A stretch of DNA of 60,964 nt, taken from NCBI GenBank assembly GCA_000990585.1, contig LBQD01000001.1, forward strand, positions 1 through 60,964. Direction: 5' to 3'. The DNA comes from Candidatus Moranbacteria bacterium GW2011_GWE2_35_2- (GTDB taxonomy: Bacteria > Patescibacteriota > Minisyncoccia > Moranbacterales > UBA9337). The notes under the pieces were generated by a model. It was given only the letters and a program-made list of their open reading frames with translations, was not told the origin of the DNA and did no database searches. The translations under genes and the position numbers were made by a program. Shown here piece by piece: positions 45,214-54,300 of the stretch. Each line of letters opens with the position of its first letter. Positions within the stretch are counted from its first letter, which is position 1.

Positions 45214-46458
45214 ATGAAAAATCTCAAAAAACAAGATCCGAAAGTGTACAAAGCGATTCAAGGAGAAATCAAGCGGCAACAGGAAGGAATGGAATTGATT
45301 GCCAGTGAGAATTATGTTTCTGAGGCGGTGCTGGAAGCGTTGGGAACGGTTTTTACCAACAAGTATAGTGAAGGCTATCCGAAAAAGCGATATTACGGCG
45401 GACAGGAATATACTGATGTTGTCGAGCAATTGGCAATTGACCGGGCGAAAAAACTTTTCGGTGCCGAGCATATCAATGTCCAACCGCTTTCAGGAGCGCC
45501 GGCTAATATGATTGCCTACAGTGCGGTGCTTCAGCCGGGCGACAAAATTTTGGGAATGGATCTTTCTCACGGAGGACATTTGACGCACGGTCATCCTGTT
45601 ACTCTTTCCGCGAAGGTATATAATTTTGTTGGATATAAAACCGGAGCGGATGGAAAGATTGATTATGACGCGTTGGAAAAAATGGCGATGGCGGAAAAGC
45701 CAAAAATGATTTTGGCGGGATTTTCCGCTTATACTCGACAACTTAATTACCGAAAATTTCAACAGATTGCCAAAAAAGTCGGGGCGATTACAATGATTGA
45801 TGTTGCTCATATTGCAGGACTGATTGCCGGAGGAGCGATTCCCAATCCGGTTCCATATTTTGACATTGTTACAACTACGACGCACAAAACGCTTCGCGGT
45901 CCGCGTGGAGGAATGATTATGTGTAAAGAAAAATTTGCCAAAGCAATTGATAAAGCAACTTTTCCTGGATTTCAGGGTGGTCCACATATGAATAATATTG
46001 CCGCCAAGGCGGTGGCATTTGGCGAAGCGCTCAAGCCGTCTTTCAAAAAATATGCCACTCAAGTAATTAAAAATGCCAAGGTTTTAGAAAAAGAATTGAA
46101 AAAATATGGGTTCAAATTGATGTTTGGGGGAACGGATAATCATATGGTATTGGTGGATGTTTTTGGATCGAAGGGTGTGAGCGGAAAAGAAGCGGAAGTA
46201 GCATTGGACAAAATCGGAATCACGCTCAATAAAAATATGATTCCTGATGATCCTAGAAGCCCGATGGATCCAAGCGGAGTGAGAATCGGTGTTCCGGCCG
46301 TAACAAGCCGCGGGATGAAGGAAAAAGAAATTGAAAAAATCGCCAAATGGATCAATGACGCAGTCGAAAATCACAAAGATGAAAAGAGATTAAAAGAAAT
46401 TCACAAAGAAGTGATTGCTCTTTGCAAAAAATTTCCGTTGTATAAAAATTTGAAATAG
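45214..46458 (+). CDS. glyA: Serine hydroxymethyltransferase
   Basis: 'ELIASENY', 'YSEGYPKKRYYGG', 'VQPLSGAPAN', 'TTTTHKTLRGPRGG'. Confidence 0.97.
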   Translation: MKNLKKQDPKVYKAIQGEIKRQQEGMELIASENYVSEAVLEALGTVFTNKYSEGYPKKRYYGGQEYTDVVEQLAIDRAKKLFGAEHINVQPLSGAPANMIAYSAVLQPGDKILGMDLSHGGHLTHGHPVTLSAKVYNFVGYKTGADGKIDYDALEKMAMAEKPKMILAGFSAYTRQLNYRKFQQIAKKVGAITMIDVAHIAGLIAGGAIPNPVPYFDIVTTTTHKTLRGPRGGMIMCKEKFAKAIDKATFPGFQGGPHMNNIAAKAVAFGEALKPSFKKYATQVIKNAKVLEKELKKYGFKLMFGGTDNHMVLVDVFGSKGVSGKEAEVALDKIGITLNKNMIPDDPRSPMDPSGVRIGVPAVTSRGMKEKEIEKIAKWINDAVENHKDEKRLKEIHKEVIALCKKFPLYKNLK

Positions 46459-46514
46459 TTGAGTGTGCGTTATGTCTTGGAAATACCAATACACAAGGAT
46501 TTAGCATTTAATAT

Positions 46515-47327
46515 ATGAAAAAGAAGAAAATAAAAGGAATAATCTTGGCGGGCGGAACGGCTACCAGACTTTTCCCGCTTACAGCAACAACGTCCAAGCA
46601 ACTGCTTCCTGTATATGACAGACAGATGATTTTTTATCCGCTTAATGTTTTGATTAAAGCGGGAATAAAGGATATTCTTATCATCGTAGCACCAGAACAC
46701 AGTGGCCAATTTTTAAATTTACTCGGATCAATTTTTGAAAAGCATGGTATTCGAATTGAATTTAAAGTGCAAAAAATTCCAAAAGGATTAGCAGATGCTT
46801 TTATCACAGGAGAGGATTTTATTGATGAAGGAAATGTGGCGATGATCTTGGGTGATAATATTTTTGAAAAAGATTTCTCCGCAGAAATAAAAAATTTCAA
46901 ATCCGGAGGAATGATTTTCGCTAAAAAAGTTCCTGATCCGGAACGTTATGGTGTGGTTAAATTCGATGAAAACAATAAAGTTGTCCAGATAGTTGAAAAG
47001 CCAAAAAATTGGATTAGCGATTATGCCATTCCGGGTATTTATGTCTATGATTCACGGTGTGTTGAAGCCGCCAAACAAGCCAAACATTCCGAGCGTGGAG
47101 AAATAGAAATTACTGAAATTCATAATTACTATCTTGATAAGGATGAATTATCTGTTTCTGTATTTGACGGAGAATGGATGGATGCCGGCACTTTCGATTC
47201 TCTTCTTGAAGCGGGAAGGATCGTCAAAGAAAAAGAAATATATAAAAATTTCGATCATATTATCGATGAAGCTATTAAAGAATTCAATAATGAAATCAAA
47301 GAAATAGCCAAGAAAAGATTGAGATAG
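46515..47327 (+). CDS. Sugar-1-phosphate nucleotidyltransferase (RfbA/glucose-1-P thymidylyltransferase-like)
   Basis: 'GIILAGGTATRLFPLT...SKQLLPVYD..MI.YPL', 'GLADAF', 'ERYGVV', 'GEIEITE'. Confidence 0.8.
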   Translation: MKKKKIKGIILAGGTATRLFPLTATTSKQLLPVYDRQMIFYPLNVLIKAGIKDILIIVAPEHSGQFLNLLGSIFEKHGIRIEFKVQKIPKGLADAFITGEDFIDEGNVAMILGDNIFEKDFSAEIKNFKSGGMIFAKKVPDPERYGVVKFDENNKVVQIVEKPKNWISDYAIPGIYVYDSRCVEAAKQAKHSERGEIEITEIHNYYLDKDELSVSVFDGEWMDAGTFDSLLEAGRIVKEKEIYKNFDHIIDEAIKEFNNEIKEIAKKRLR

Positions 47328-47339
47328 GAAATATTTATT

Positions 47340-48197
47340 ATGGAAGATAAAAAAATAAAAATTACAATTGTAGTTTTGAATTATCAGAAAGCTCGACGAA
47401 CAGTGAAGAATGTAAAATCGATTTTTTCTCAGAAAATAAATTTTCACTTCAAGGTTTTTGTTATTGAAAATACTGCTCACAAGAAAGATGAGGGAGAGTT
47501 GTTAAAAAAAGAGTTATCTGGTCTTGAAAACTTGGAAATTATAATTAATAAAACAAACATCGGATATTCTCGAGGGAATAACATTGTCAAAGGTCGCGAG
47601 GAAGGAGATTATGTTTTCGTGGTCAATCCGGATATTATTTTTAAAGATAGTGATTCATTACAAAAAATTGTTGATTATATGGATGCCAATCCGGATATTG
47701 CTATTCTTGGTCCGCAGCAAATAAATGATGATGGAGGCATCACAATGAGCGTAAGGGCTTTTCCGAAATTTTATTTGCAAGTAGCTAGGCGGACGTTTTT
47801 ACGCAATCTTCCAATTTTAAAAGAAAAGGTCGCCTATGATGAAATGAGGCATTTGGATTATTCTAAGATACAGGATGTTGATTGGCTGCAATCTTCCTGT
47901 TTTGTTGTTAGGCGTGATTTTTGGGAAAAAGTTGGCGGTCTTAATGAAGAATATTTTCTTTTTATGACAGATGCTCAAATGTGTTTTGATGCTTGGAACA
48001 TGGGATACAGAGTTGTCTATTATCCGGAAGTCAAAGTTTATGCGGATGGGAGGAGAGTGAGTGACGGGGGTTTTTTGAAATTTTTCAGAAGCTGGGTTCT
48101 GCGAGCCCATGTTTTGGATGCGTTGAAATATCAATTTAAAAATTTTTGGCTGGAAAATCCGAGAAAAAAATATTATCAAAATAAAAAAAACAAATGA
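47340..48197 (+). CDS. Glycosyltransferase family 2
   Basis: 'ITIVVLNYQ', 'NIGYSRGNN', 'FVVNPD', 'DWLQSSCFVVRRDFWEKVGGLNEEYF'. Confidence 0.85.
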   Translation: MEDKKIKITIVVLNYQKARRTVKNVKSIFSQKINFHFKVFVIENTAHKKDEGELLKKELSGLENLEIIINKTNIGYSRGNNIVKGREEGDYVFVVNPDIIFKDSDSLQKIVDYMDANPDIAILGPQQINDDGGITMSVRAFPKFYLQVARRTFLRNLPILKEKVAYDEMRHLDYSKIQDVDWLQSSCFVVRRDFWEKVGGLNEEYFLFMTDAQMCFDAWNMGYRVVYYPEVKVYADGRRVSDGGFLKFFRSWVLRAHVLDALKYQFKNFWLENPRKKYYQNKKNK

Positions 48198-49375
48198 AAT
48201 CTTTTATTGTAAAAATTCAAAAAGCTTGGCGGATGTGGAAGAAGAGCGGATTTTTTAGGGGAATAGGCATTGGGCTTGAATACGCCCACACTTTTTTATC
48301 CGCATTTTTTGTTGGTAGCGGGGACATTCTTTTTATTTCTACTGGAGTGGGAGATAGTGCTTATTATCGGACACATAATATTGCGGAAGAGCTTGAAATT
48401 CATGGTTTTAAAGTTGCGAAGACTGTTTCTGATAACCCAAATCTATCTAAATTAGCAAATAAATTCAAAATATTTATTCTTCATAGAACTGTTTATAATA
48501 AAAACATAAAAAAATTAATCGAAAAAGCAAAACAACAAAAAAAGGAAATTATTTTTGATACGGATGATTTGGTACACGATCCGCAATATTTGACGCATAT
48601 GGATTATTTCAAAAAAATGAGCAAAATAGAACAGGATGAGTATAGAAATGGAATCGGGGCGGAGATTGTCAATGATCCATATGTGAAAGTTTGTACGACT
48701 ACTGTTTCATATCTGGCAGATAAATTGAAAGAAAAAGGAAAAAGGGTAATTATCGTGCCAAACAAATTTTCCGAGCATGAGTTGAATTTGGCGAATAAAA
48801 TTTTCAAAAAGAAAAAAAATAATGATGGATTTGTGAAAATAATTTATAGCAGTGGGACGCTTTCGCACAACAAAGACTTTGCTACTATTAGAAATGTGAT
48901 AGTTGATGTTTTAAAAAAGCATAGGAATGTAAAATTATTGCTTATGGGGCCTTTGGACGTTCCCGATGATATTTCTTTTCCAAAAGAACAAGTGAAAATT
49001 ATTCCGCGTGTTTCACGCAACGAATTATACGCGCAACTTTATCGGGCTGACATAAATTTGGTTCCTTTGGAGATTGGAAATCCTTTTTGTGAGTCAAAGT
49101 CTGCGATAAAATTTACAGAATCTTCTATTGTCGGTGTTCCGTCGGTAGCGGTGCGCAATCGGACTTTTTCCGAAGCAATTTCAGACGGAGTGGATGGATT
49201 TTTGGCGGATAATCCGGAAGAGTGGATGAATAAAATTGAAAGATTGATCGAAGACGAAAAATTAAGAAAAGAAATGGGAAAAAATGCCAGAGAAAAAATT
49301 ATCAGGCAATATACAAATAAAAACAGTCGAAATGATGAATATTATCAATATATAAAAAGCAAAATTAAAGAATGA
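48194..49375 (+). CDS. Glycosyltransferase, GT-B (GT1/GT4-like)
   Basis: C-terminal 'NPFCESKSAIKFTESSIVGVPSVA' (E-x7-E-like region); overlaps neighbours by 4 nt on both sides. Confidence 0.65.
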   Translation: MKSFIVKIQKAWRMWKKSGFFRGIGIGLEYAHTFLSAFFVGSGDILFISTGVGDSAYYRTHNIAEELEIHGFKVAKTVSDNPNLSKLANKFKIFILHRTVYNKNIKKLIEKAKQQKKEIIFDTDDLVHDPQYLTHMDYFKKMSKIEQDEYRNGIGAEIVNDPYVKVCTTTVSYLADKLKEKGKRVIIVPNKFSEHELNLANKIFKKKKNNDGFVKIIYSSGTLSHNKDFATIRNVIVDVLKKHRNVKLLLMGPLDVPDDISFPKEQVKIIPRVSRNELYAQLYRADINLVPLEIGNPFCESKSAIKFTESSIVGVPSVAVRNRTFSEAISDGVDGFLADNPEEWMNKIERLIEDEKLRKEMGKNAREKIIRQYTNKNSRNDEYYQYIKSKIKE

Positions 49376-50172
49376 TGGAAAATTCTAAAAAAATATCAAT
49401 TATTATCACTTCATATAATAATCAAGAGCATCTGAAAAAAAGCATTGATTCGATTTATGAAAAATTTTCAAATTTTTTTGATTGGGAAATTATTATTGTT
49501 AATAATGATGAAAAACAAGTTATTTCAGATTTTTTGTTGGATTTTTCCAAAGTAAAAATAGTTGATCACAAAAAAAATGTTGGATTTGGGAGCGGGATAA
49601 ACTTGGGCGCTAAAGAGGCAAGCGGAGAATTTTTGTTTATATTGAATCCGGATACGGAATTATTGACTGATAATGTCGCGGCTGTTTTGGATGAATTTGA
49701 AAAAGATAATAATTTGGGAATAATCGGCGGTGGAGTTGTTGATGAAGAAAATAGGAGACAGCCGTGGAGCGCCGGAAAAGAATTGTCAATTTATGATTTA
49801 ATTAGAAACAATTTGGGTGTTAGTCGAAGTAAAATTATTTGGAATAGCCAGGAAAAATCTCAATGTGATTGGGTTTCAGGTACGGCAATGTTTATTAAAA
49901 AAGATTTGTTTGATGAGTTGGGCGGGTTTGATGAGAGATTTTTTATGTATTTTGAAGATATGGATTTGTGCAAGAGAATGCGAAATATTGGAAAAAGAAT
50001 TTTGTTTTTCCCGCAGTTTAAGGTTTTTCATCGTGGAGGGGAAAGTTATAGCGATAAACGATTGCAAAAAAAACATTATTATGATTCGATGGAATGTTAT
50101 TTTGAGAAAAATTACAATTTTTTTTGCCAAGCAGTTGTAAAAAATATTAGGAAAGCTATAATTAGAAAGTGA
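49372..50172 (+). CDS. Glycosyltransferase family 2
   Basis: 'ISIIITSYNN', 'NVGFGSGINLG', 'FILNPD', 'DWVSGTAMFIKKDLFDELGGFDERFFMYFEDMD'. Confidence 0.88.
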   Translation: MMENSKKISIIITSYNNQEHLKKSIDSIYEKFSNFFDWEIIIVNNDEKQVISDFLLDFSKVKIVDHKKNVGFGSGINLGAKEASGEFLFILNPDTELLTDNVAAVLDEFEKDNNLGIIGGGVVDEENRRQPWSAGKELSIYDLIRNNLGVSRSKIIWNSQEKSQCDWVSGTAMFIKKDLFDELGGFDERFFMYFEDMDLCKRMRNIGKRILFFPQFKVFHRGGESYSDKRLQKKHYYDSMECYFEKNYNFFCQAVVKNIRKAIIRK

Positions 50173-50196
50173 GATTATAAATTATTTTTGAAAAAT

Positions 50197-51075
50197 ATGA
50201 CAAGAAAGAAAATAAAAAAAGCCATTATTGCGGTTGCCGGATCTGGAACAAGATTATTGCCAGCAACAAAATCTATGCCGAAAGAAATGCTTCCGATTGT
50301 GGATAAACCGATTATTCAATTGGTAGTGGAGGAATTGGTAGCGGCGGGAATCGAGGATATAATTTTTGTCACTCGTTGGGATAAAAAGCCGCTGGAAGAC
50401 CATTTTGATCATAGTGTCGCTTTAGAAGATGATTTGAGAAAAAATAACAAAAATGAATTGGCTGAACAAATCGCAAATCTTGCGGAAATGGCAAATTTTA
50501 TTTATGTTAGGCAAAAGGGTCCATATGGAAACGGAACCCCGGTTTTATCAGCGGCAAGCTTGGTTGATGATGAGCCGTTTGTGTTTGTATGGGGTGATGA
50601 TTTGGTGAAGTCTAATATTTCATTTACTAAACAGATGATCGAAGATTATGAAAAAAATGGAAAGTTGATGATTGGCGTTCAAGAAGTTCCTTTGGAAGTA
50701 GTGAATCGTTATGGAATTGTGAAGCTGAAAAAGGACACTAATGAAATTGAAGATATTGTTGAAAAACCTTCTATTGAAGAAACTCCTTCTCGTTTGGCTG
50801 ATTTCGGAAGAATGATTTTAGATCAAAATTTTATTGACGTTTTACGAAAAACTTCTCTTGGAAAAGGAAAAGAACTTTGGATTACTGACGCTATAAAAAA
50901 GTATATTCAAGATGGCGGAATTTTTTTGGCCAAGGAACTAAAAGACGGTCAATGGCTAACAACAGGAGACCCACTTAATTATTTGAAAGCGACTTTTTTG
51001 TATGCTATTGAAAGGGAGGATATAGGAAAAGAAATATCTGAATATTGCCAGGAAATACTCAATGTTAAAAATTAA
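50197..51075 (+). CDS. galU: UTP-glucose-1-phosphate uridylyltransferase
   Basis: 'KAIIAVAGSGTRLLPATKSMPKEMLPIVDKPIIQ..VEE', 'RYGIV'. Confidence 0.9.
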   Translation: MTRKKIKKAIIAVAGSGTRLLPATKSMPKEMLPIVDKPIIQLVVEELVAAGIEDIIFVTRWDKKPLEDHFDHSVALEDDLRKNNKNELAEQIANLAEMANFIYVRQKGPYGNGTPVLSAASLVDDEPFVFVWGDDLVKSNISFTKQMIEDYEKNGKLMIGVQEVPLEVVNRYGIVKLKKDTNEIEDIVEKPSIEETPSRLADFGRMILDQNFIDVLRKTSLGKGKELWITDAIKKYIQDGGIFLAKELKDGQWLTTGDPLNYLKATFLYAIEREDIGKEISEYCQEILNVKN

Positions 51076-51157
51076 AAATAATTTTTTTGGGAATTAAAGG
51101 CACTTGAAATATTTATATCGATGTGTTAGATTGAAGTACTTTGAATAACAATAAATA

Positions 51158-51835
51158 ATGTACTGGATTTATTTGATTATTTTTACCTTGGTCGTTTTTA
51201 TTCCGGATATTATTACGGAAGGTATTTGGGGTTTGCCGGAAGAAAAAACTGAAGAAGGAGCTATTTTTTTACTTGGAATGGTTGCTTTTTATTTATTTAT
51301 TGTGCGAGATAATCAATTAAGTCAAAACATTAAAAAAAGGATTGACATTCAAGAAAAATATAATACCATTTCTAAAGATTTAACTGAGTCTTATTCATAT
51401 ATCGGTGAGATCAATAGGAAGTTGGAAATTTTGGAAAATATATCCTTGCGCTTGATTGATACTTCAAAAATAAATCGCAAGGAAAGAAATGAAATTGAAG
51501 AAATGATTGTGGACGCAATTCGTCTTCTTGCTAAAACGGATAAATTTGTAATACGGTTTAAGGATCATGAAACTAATCAGCTTTTTAGTCAGATAGAAGG
51601 GGGAGATAAGGATTTTTCTGCGAGAACGAAAAATTTGTTCATTGTAATGAATAATTCCAAAAGTATTACCAAGCAAGAAGGTTTTTTGATTGTACGATCA
51701 GCAAAAAATATCCAGAATGTTACTGCCTTTTTGGTTTTTGACGGAAAAGGAGAAAAGTTGCCGGAAAATATTGAAATGATTCAGATGCTGGCGACTCAAG
51801 CTTTGCTTTTATATAATTTGGGAAGAAAATTCTGA
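51158..51835 (+). CDS. Hypothetical membrane protein
   Basis: Two N-terminal TM helices plus a soluble domain; TTGAAA-17-TAGATT upstream; no family recognised. Confidence 0.55.
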   Translation: MYWIYLIIFTLVVFIPDIITEGIWGLPEEKTEEGAIFLLGMVAFYLFIVRDNQLSQNIKKRIDIQEKYNTISKDLTESYSYIGEINRKLEILENISLRLIDTSKINRKERNEIEEMIVDAIRLLAKTDKFVIRFKDHETNQLFSQIEGGDKDFSARTKNLFIVMNNSKSITKQEGFLIVRSAKNIQNVTAFLVFDGKGEKLPENIEMIQMLATQALLLYNLGRKF

Positions 51836-51930
51836 CATATTTTCATATTATTGACAAGTAAAAAGAAAGTATTATAATATAAATATGGAGGCGTGCCTTC
51901 ATTTTAATCAGTAATTTAAGAAGAATCGCT

Positions 51931-52278
51931 ATGACGGAACAAAAGACAACCGACAAGGATTTTATTGAGCAGGTTGTGAAAATGCTCGTGGATAATCCTG
52001 AGGATGTGAAGGTTGAAAGAAAAATCGACGAGATGGGCGTTCTTATTACTTTGGATGTTAATTCAAAGGATATGGGGATGGTTATCGGTCGAGAGGGAGC
52101 GACAGCAAAAGCCCTGAGAACTCTTCTTCGAGTTATCGGAGCCAGAAATAACGCTCGTGTAAACTTGAAAATCAATGAGCCGGAAGGAAGTGAAAGAGCT
52201 CAAAGGAATTCAGGTGACAGAAAAAAGGAAGAAAAGAAAAGTATTGACGACGTAGTTTACGATATCAACAATTTGTAA
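51931..52278 (+). CDS. KH-domain RNA-binding protein (KhpA/YlqC-like) with a basic C-terminal extension
   Basis: 'LVDNPEDVKVE', 'DMGMVIGREGATAKALRTLL'. Confidence 0.85.
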   Translation: MTEQKTTDKDFIEQVVKMLVDNPEDVKVERKIDEMGVLITLDVNSKDMGMVIGREGATAKALRTLLRVIGARNNARVNLKINEPEGSERAQRNSGDRKKEEKKSIDDVVYDINNL

Positions 52279-52303
52279 TTTTCTTTCGAATTAGTTTATA
52301 GCA

Positions 52304-52334
52304 AAAAACCGCTTGAAAACAGGTGGTTTTTTGA
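52304..52334 (+). terminator. Intrinsic terminator
   Basis: aaccgc/gtggtt stem (one G-U pair) plus tttttt. Confidence 0.7.
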
Positions 52335-52347
52335 TGATTTTTTTCAT

Positions 52348-52374
52348 TTAGCACTCGGACTTGACGAGTGCTAA
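52348..52374 (+). promoter_or_regulatory. CIRCE operator (HrcA binding site)
   Basis: Exact consensus TTAGCACTC-N9-GAGTGCTAA. Confidence 0.95.
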
Positions 52375-52427
52375 TCTTCTGTATATAATAAAATTACAAA
52401 AAATAAATTGTGGAAAATTTTAAGAAT

Positions 52428-53171
52428 ATGAACAAGAGACAGGAAAAGATTTTAGCGGCAGTAATTGAAGAATACACAAAAACGGCGATACCGGTCGGGT
52501 CAAAAATTTTAGTGGAAAAATATCTTTCCGAAGTGAGTACAGCAACTGTTCGTAATGATATGGCGCATTTGGAAAAGGAGGGATATTTGCAACAGATGCA
52601 CATCAGCTCCGGAAGAATTCCAACGGATAAAGGTTATCGTTATTTCGTTGAAAGCATAATGGACGATAAAGAACTTTCCAAAAAGGAACAGCAGAAATTG
52701 CAAACTGAGATGCTTAAAATGCAAGCCAAAAATAATCGTCTTTCGCGCACAACCGCCAAGTTATTGTCAGTACTATCAGGTAATATGGCGGTGAGTGGAA
52801 TTATGGATAAAAATGAATTTTCCGATTTTGGAATGAGCGAACTTTTGGATCAGCCGGAGTTTCGAAAAATGGATGAAATTTGTCGTTTAGCGGAAACTTT
52901 GGATTACATTGATGAACTTTTTGATAAATTATCAGCAGAAATGAAAGATGGGAAAACAAAGATTTTTATTGGAAAAGAAAATCCCATCAGTGAAATTTCC
53001 AATTGTTCAATGATCGTTTCGCCTTACAAATCTAAGACCGGAGAGCGAGGAATTTTAGCGTTAATTGGTCCAAAAAGAATGAGATATGCTAAAAATAAAT
53101 CACTAATTGAGTATATGAAAAAGATTCTTGGAGGGACAATGGTAATAATTATTATAATAAATATAATTTGA
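52428..53171 (+). CDS. hrcA: Heat-inducible transcription repressor HrcA (short form; alternative GTG start at 52410)
   Basis: 'RQEKILAAVIEEYTKTAIPVGSK', 'STATVRNDMAHLEKEGYL...HISSGRIPTDKGYRYFV'; CIRCE upstream. Confidence 0.9.
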   Translation: MNKRQEKILAAVIEEYTKTAIPVGSKILVEKYLSEVSTATVRNDMAHLEKEGYLQQMHISSGRIPTDKGYRYFVESIMDDKELSKKEQQKLQTEMLKMQAKNNRLSRTTAKLLSVLSGNMAVSGIMDKNEFSDFGMSELLDQPEFRKMDEICRLAETLDYIDELFDKLSAEMKDGKTKIFIGKENPISEISNCSMIVSPYKSKTGERGILALIGPKRMRYAKNKSLIEYMKKILGGTMVIIIIINII

Positions 53172-53178
53172 TAGAAAA

Positions 53179-54087
53179 ATGAATAATATGAAAAATAAAA
53201 AAAATAAAAAACCTGAACCATGGCCGATACTACTTACGGTTAAAGCGGTTATTATAAACGAAGATAAAAAAGTTTTACTGCTTCGACGTGCCAAAAATGA
53301 AAAAACTCACGCTGAATATTGTGATTTGCCGGGAGGGACAATGGAAAAAGGAGAGAGTGTTTTGGCGGCTCTGAAAAGAGAAATTGAAGAGGAAACAGGA
53401 ATAAAAGATGTGGAAATAGGTTCGGTGATAAAAATAAGTGAATATCCGGAGGGGCATGAAAAATTTGACGAGTTGAAAGCTTTGAGATTTCTTGTTTATT
53501 GCAAGAGCGGTGAAAATGTGAAATTGAATTCGGAAGAGCATAGTGGTTTTGAGTGGTTGGATATTGATAAAGCGATTGAAAAAATCGAAACCAAAAACGG
53601 CTTTGAGAAAGAAAAAAGAGATACATTAATTGCGGCGAAAAGATATTTGGAAATGAAAAATAGCTTGGAGGGCTGGAAAAGGTGTTTGGCGGATTTTGAA
53701 AATTACAAAAAACGCCAAGAAGAAAGTCGCAAGGATTTATTGAGATATTCGACGGAGAGTATTGTGTTGCAAATAATTCCGGTGCTGGATAATTTTCAGT
53801 CAGCAACGACACATATTCCCAAAGATCAAAAGGAAGGTGCTTGGGTAGTTGGAATAATGTATATTCAAAAACAATTGGAAAATGTTTTGCGAGAAAATGG
53901 GTTGGAGGAAATCGAGGTTAAGATTGGAGATAATTTTGATACAAAATTTCATGAGGCGGTACACACAAAAGAATGCGCCGCTTGCGCAAAAGGGAAGAAA
54001 TTCGAAAATAAAATCAGCGAGATTGTTTTGAAAGGGTATAAAATCGGAGAAAGAGTGATTCGTCCGGTGAGAGTAGTGGTTAAATAA
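53179..54087 (+). CDS. grpE: Nudix hydrolase - GrpE fusion protein
   Basis: N-terminal Nudix box 'PGGTMEKGESVLAALKREIEEETGI'. C-terminal GrpE 'ADFENYKKRQEE', 'IIPVLDNFQSA', 'FDTKFHEAV', 'VLKGYKIGERVIRPVRVVV'. One uninterrupted 302-codon ORF. Confidence 0.85.
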   Translation: MNNMKNKKNKKPEPWPILLTVKAVIINEDKKVLLLRRAKNEKTHAEYCDLPGGTMEKGESVLAALKREIEEETGIKDVEIGSVIKISEYPEGHEKFDELKALRFLVYCKSGENVKLNSEEHSGFEWLDIDKAIEKIETKNGFEKEKRDTLIAAKRYLEMKNSLEGWKRCLADFENYKKRQEESRKDLLRYSTESIVLQIIPVLDNFQSATTHIPKDQKEGAWVVGIMYIQKQLENVLRENGLEEIEVKIGDNFDTKFHEAVHTKECAACAKGKKFENKISEIVLKGYKIGERVIRPVRVVVK

Positions 54088-54300
54088 AAAAATCCGGTCA
54101 ATACAATATCATTTGTATTGACCGGTGCTCCGAGATAAAGGAGGAATTAAGTCTCGGAGGTTAGAGGGTGTTGATAGAATTTAACAGGAAATAAAATAAT
54201 TTGTCAAGGGCAATTTGTAAAATTATTAAATCATTAAATCGTTGAAGTATTAAAACAATTTTTTAAATATATTGTTTCAATGCTTTGATGCAAAAATATT

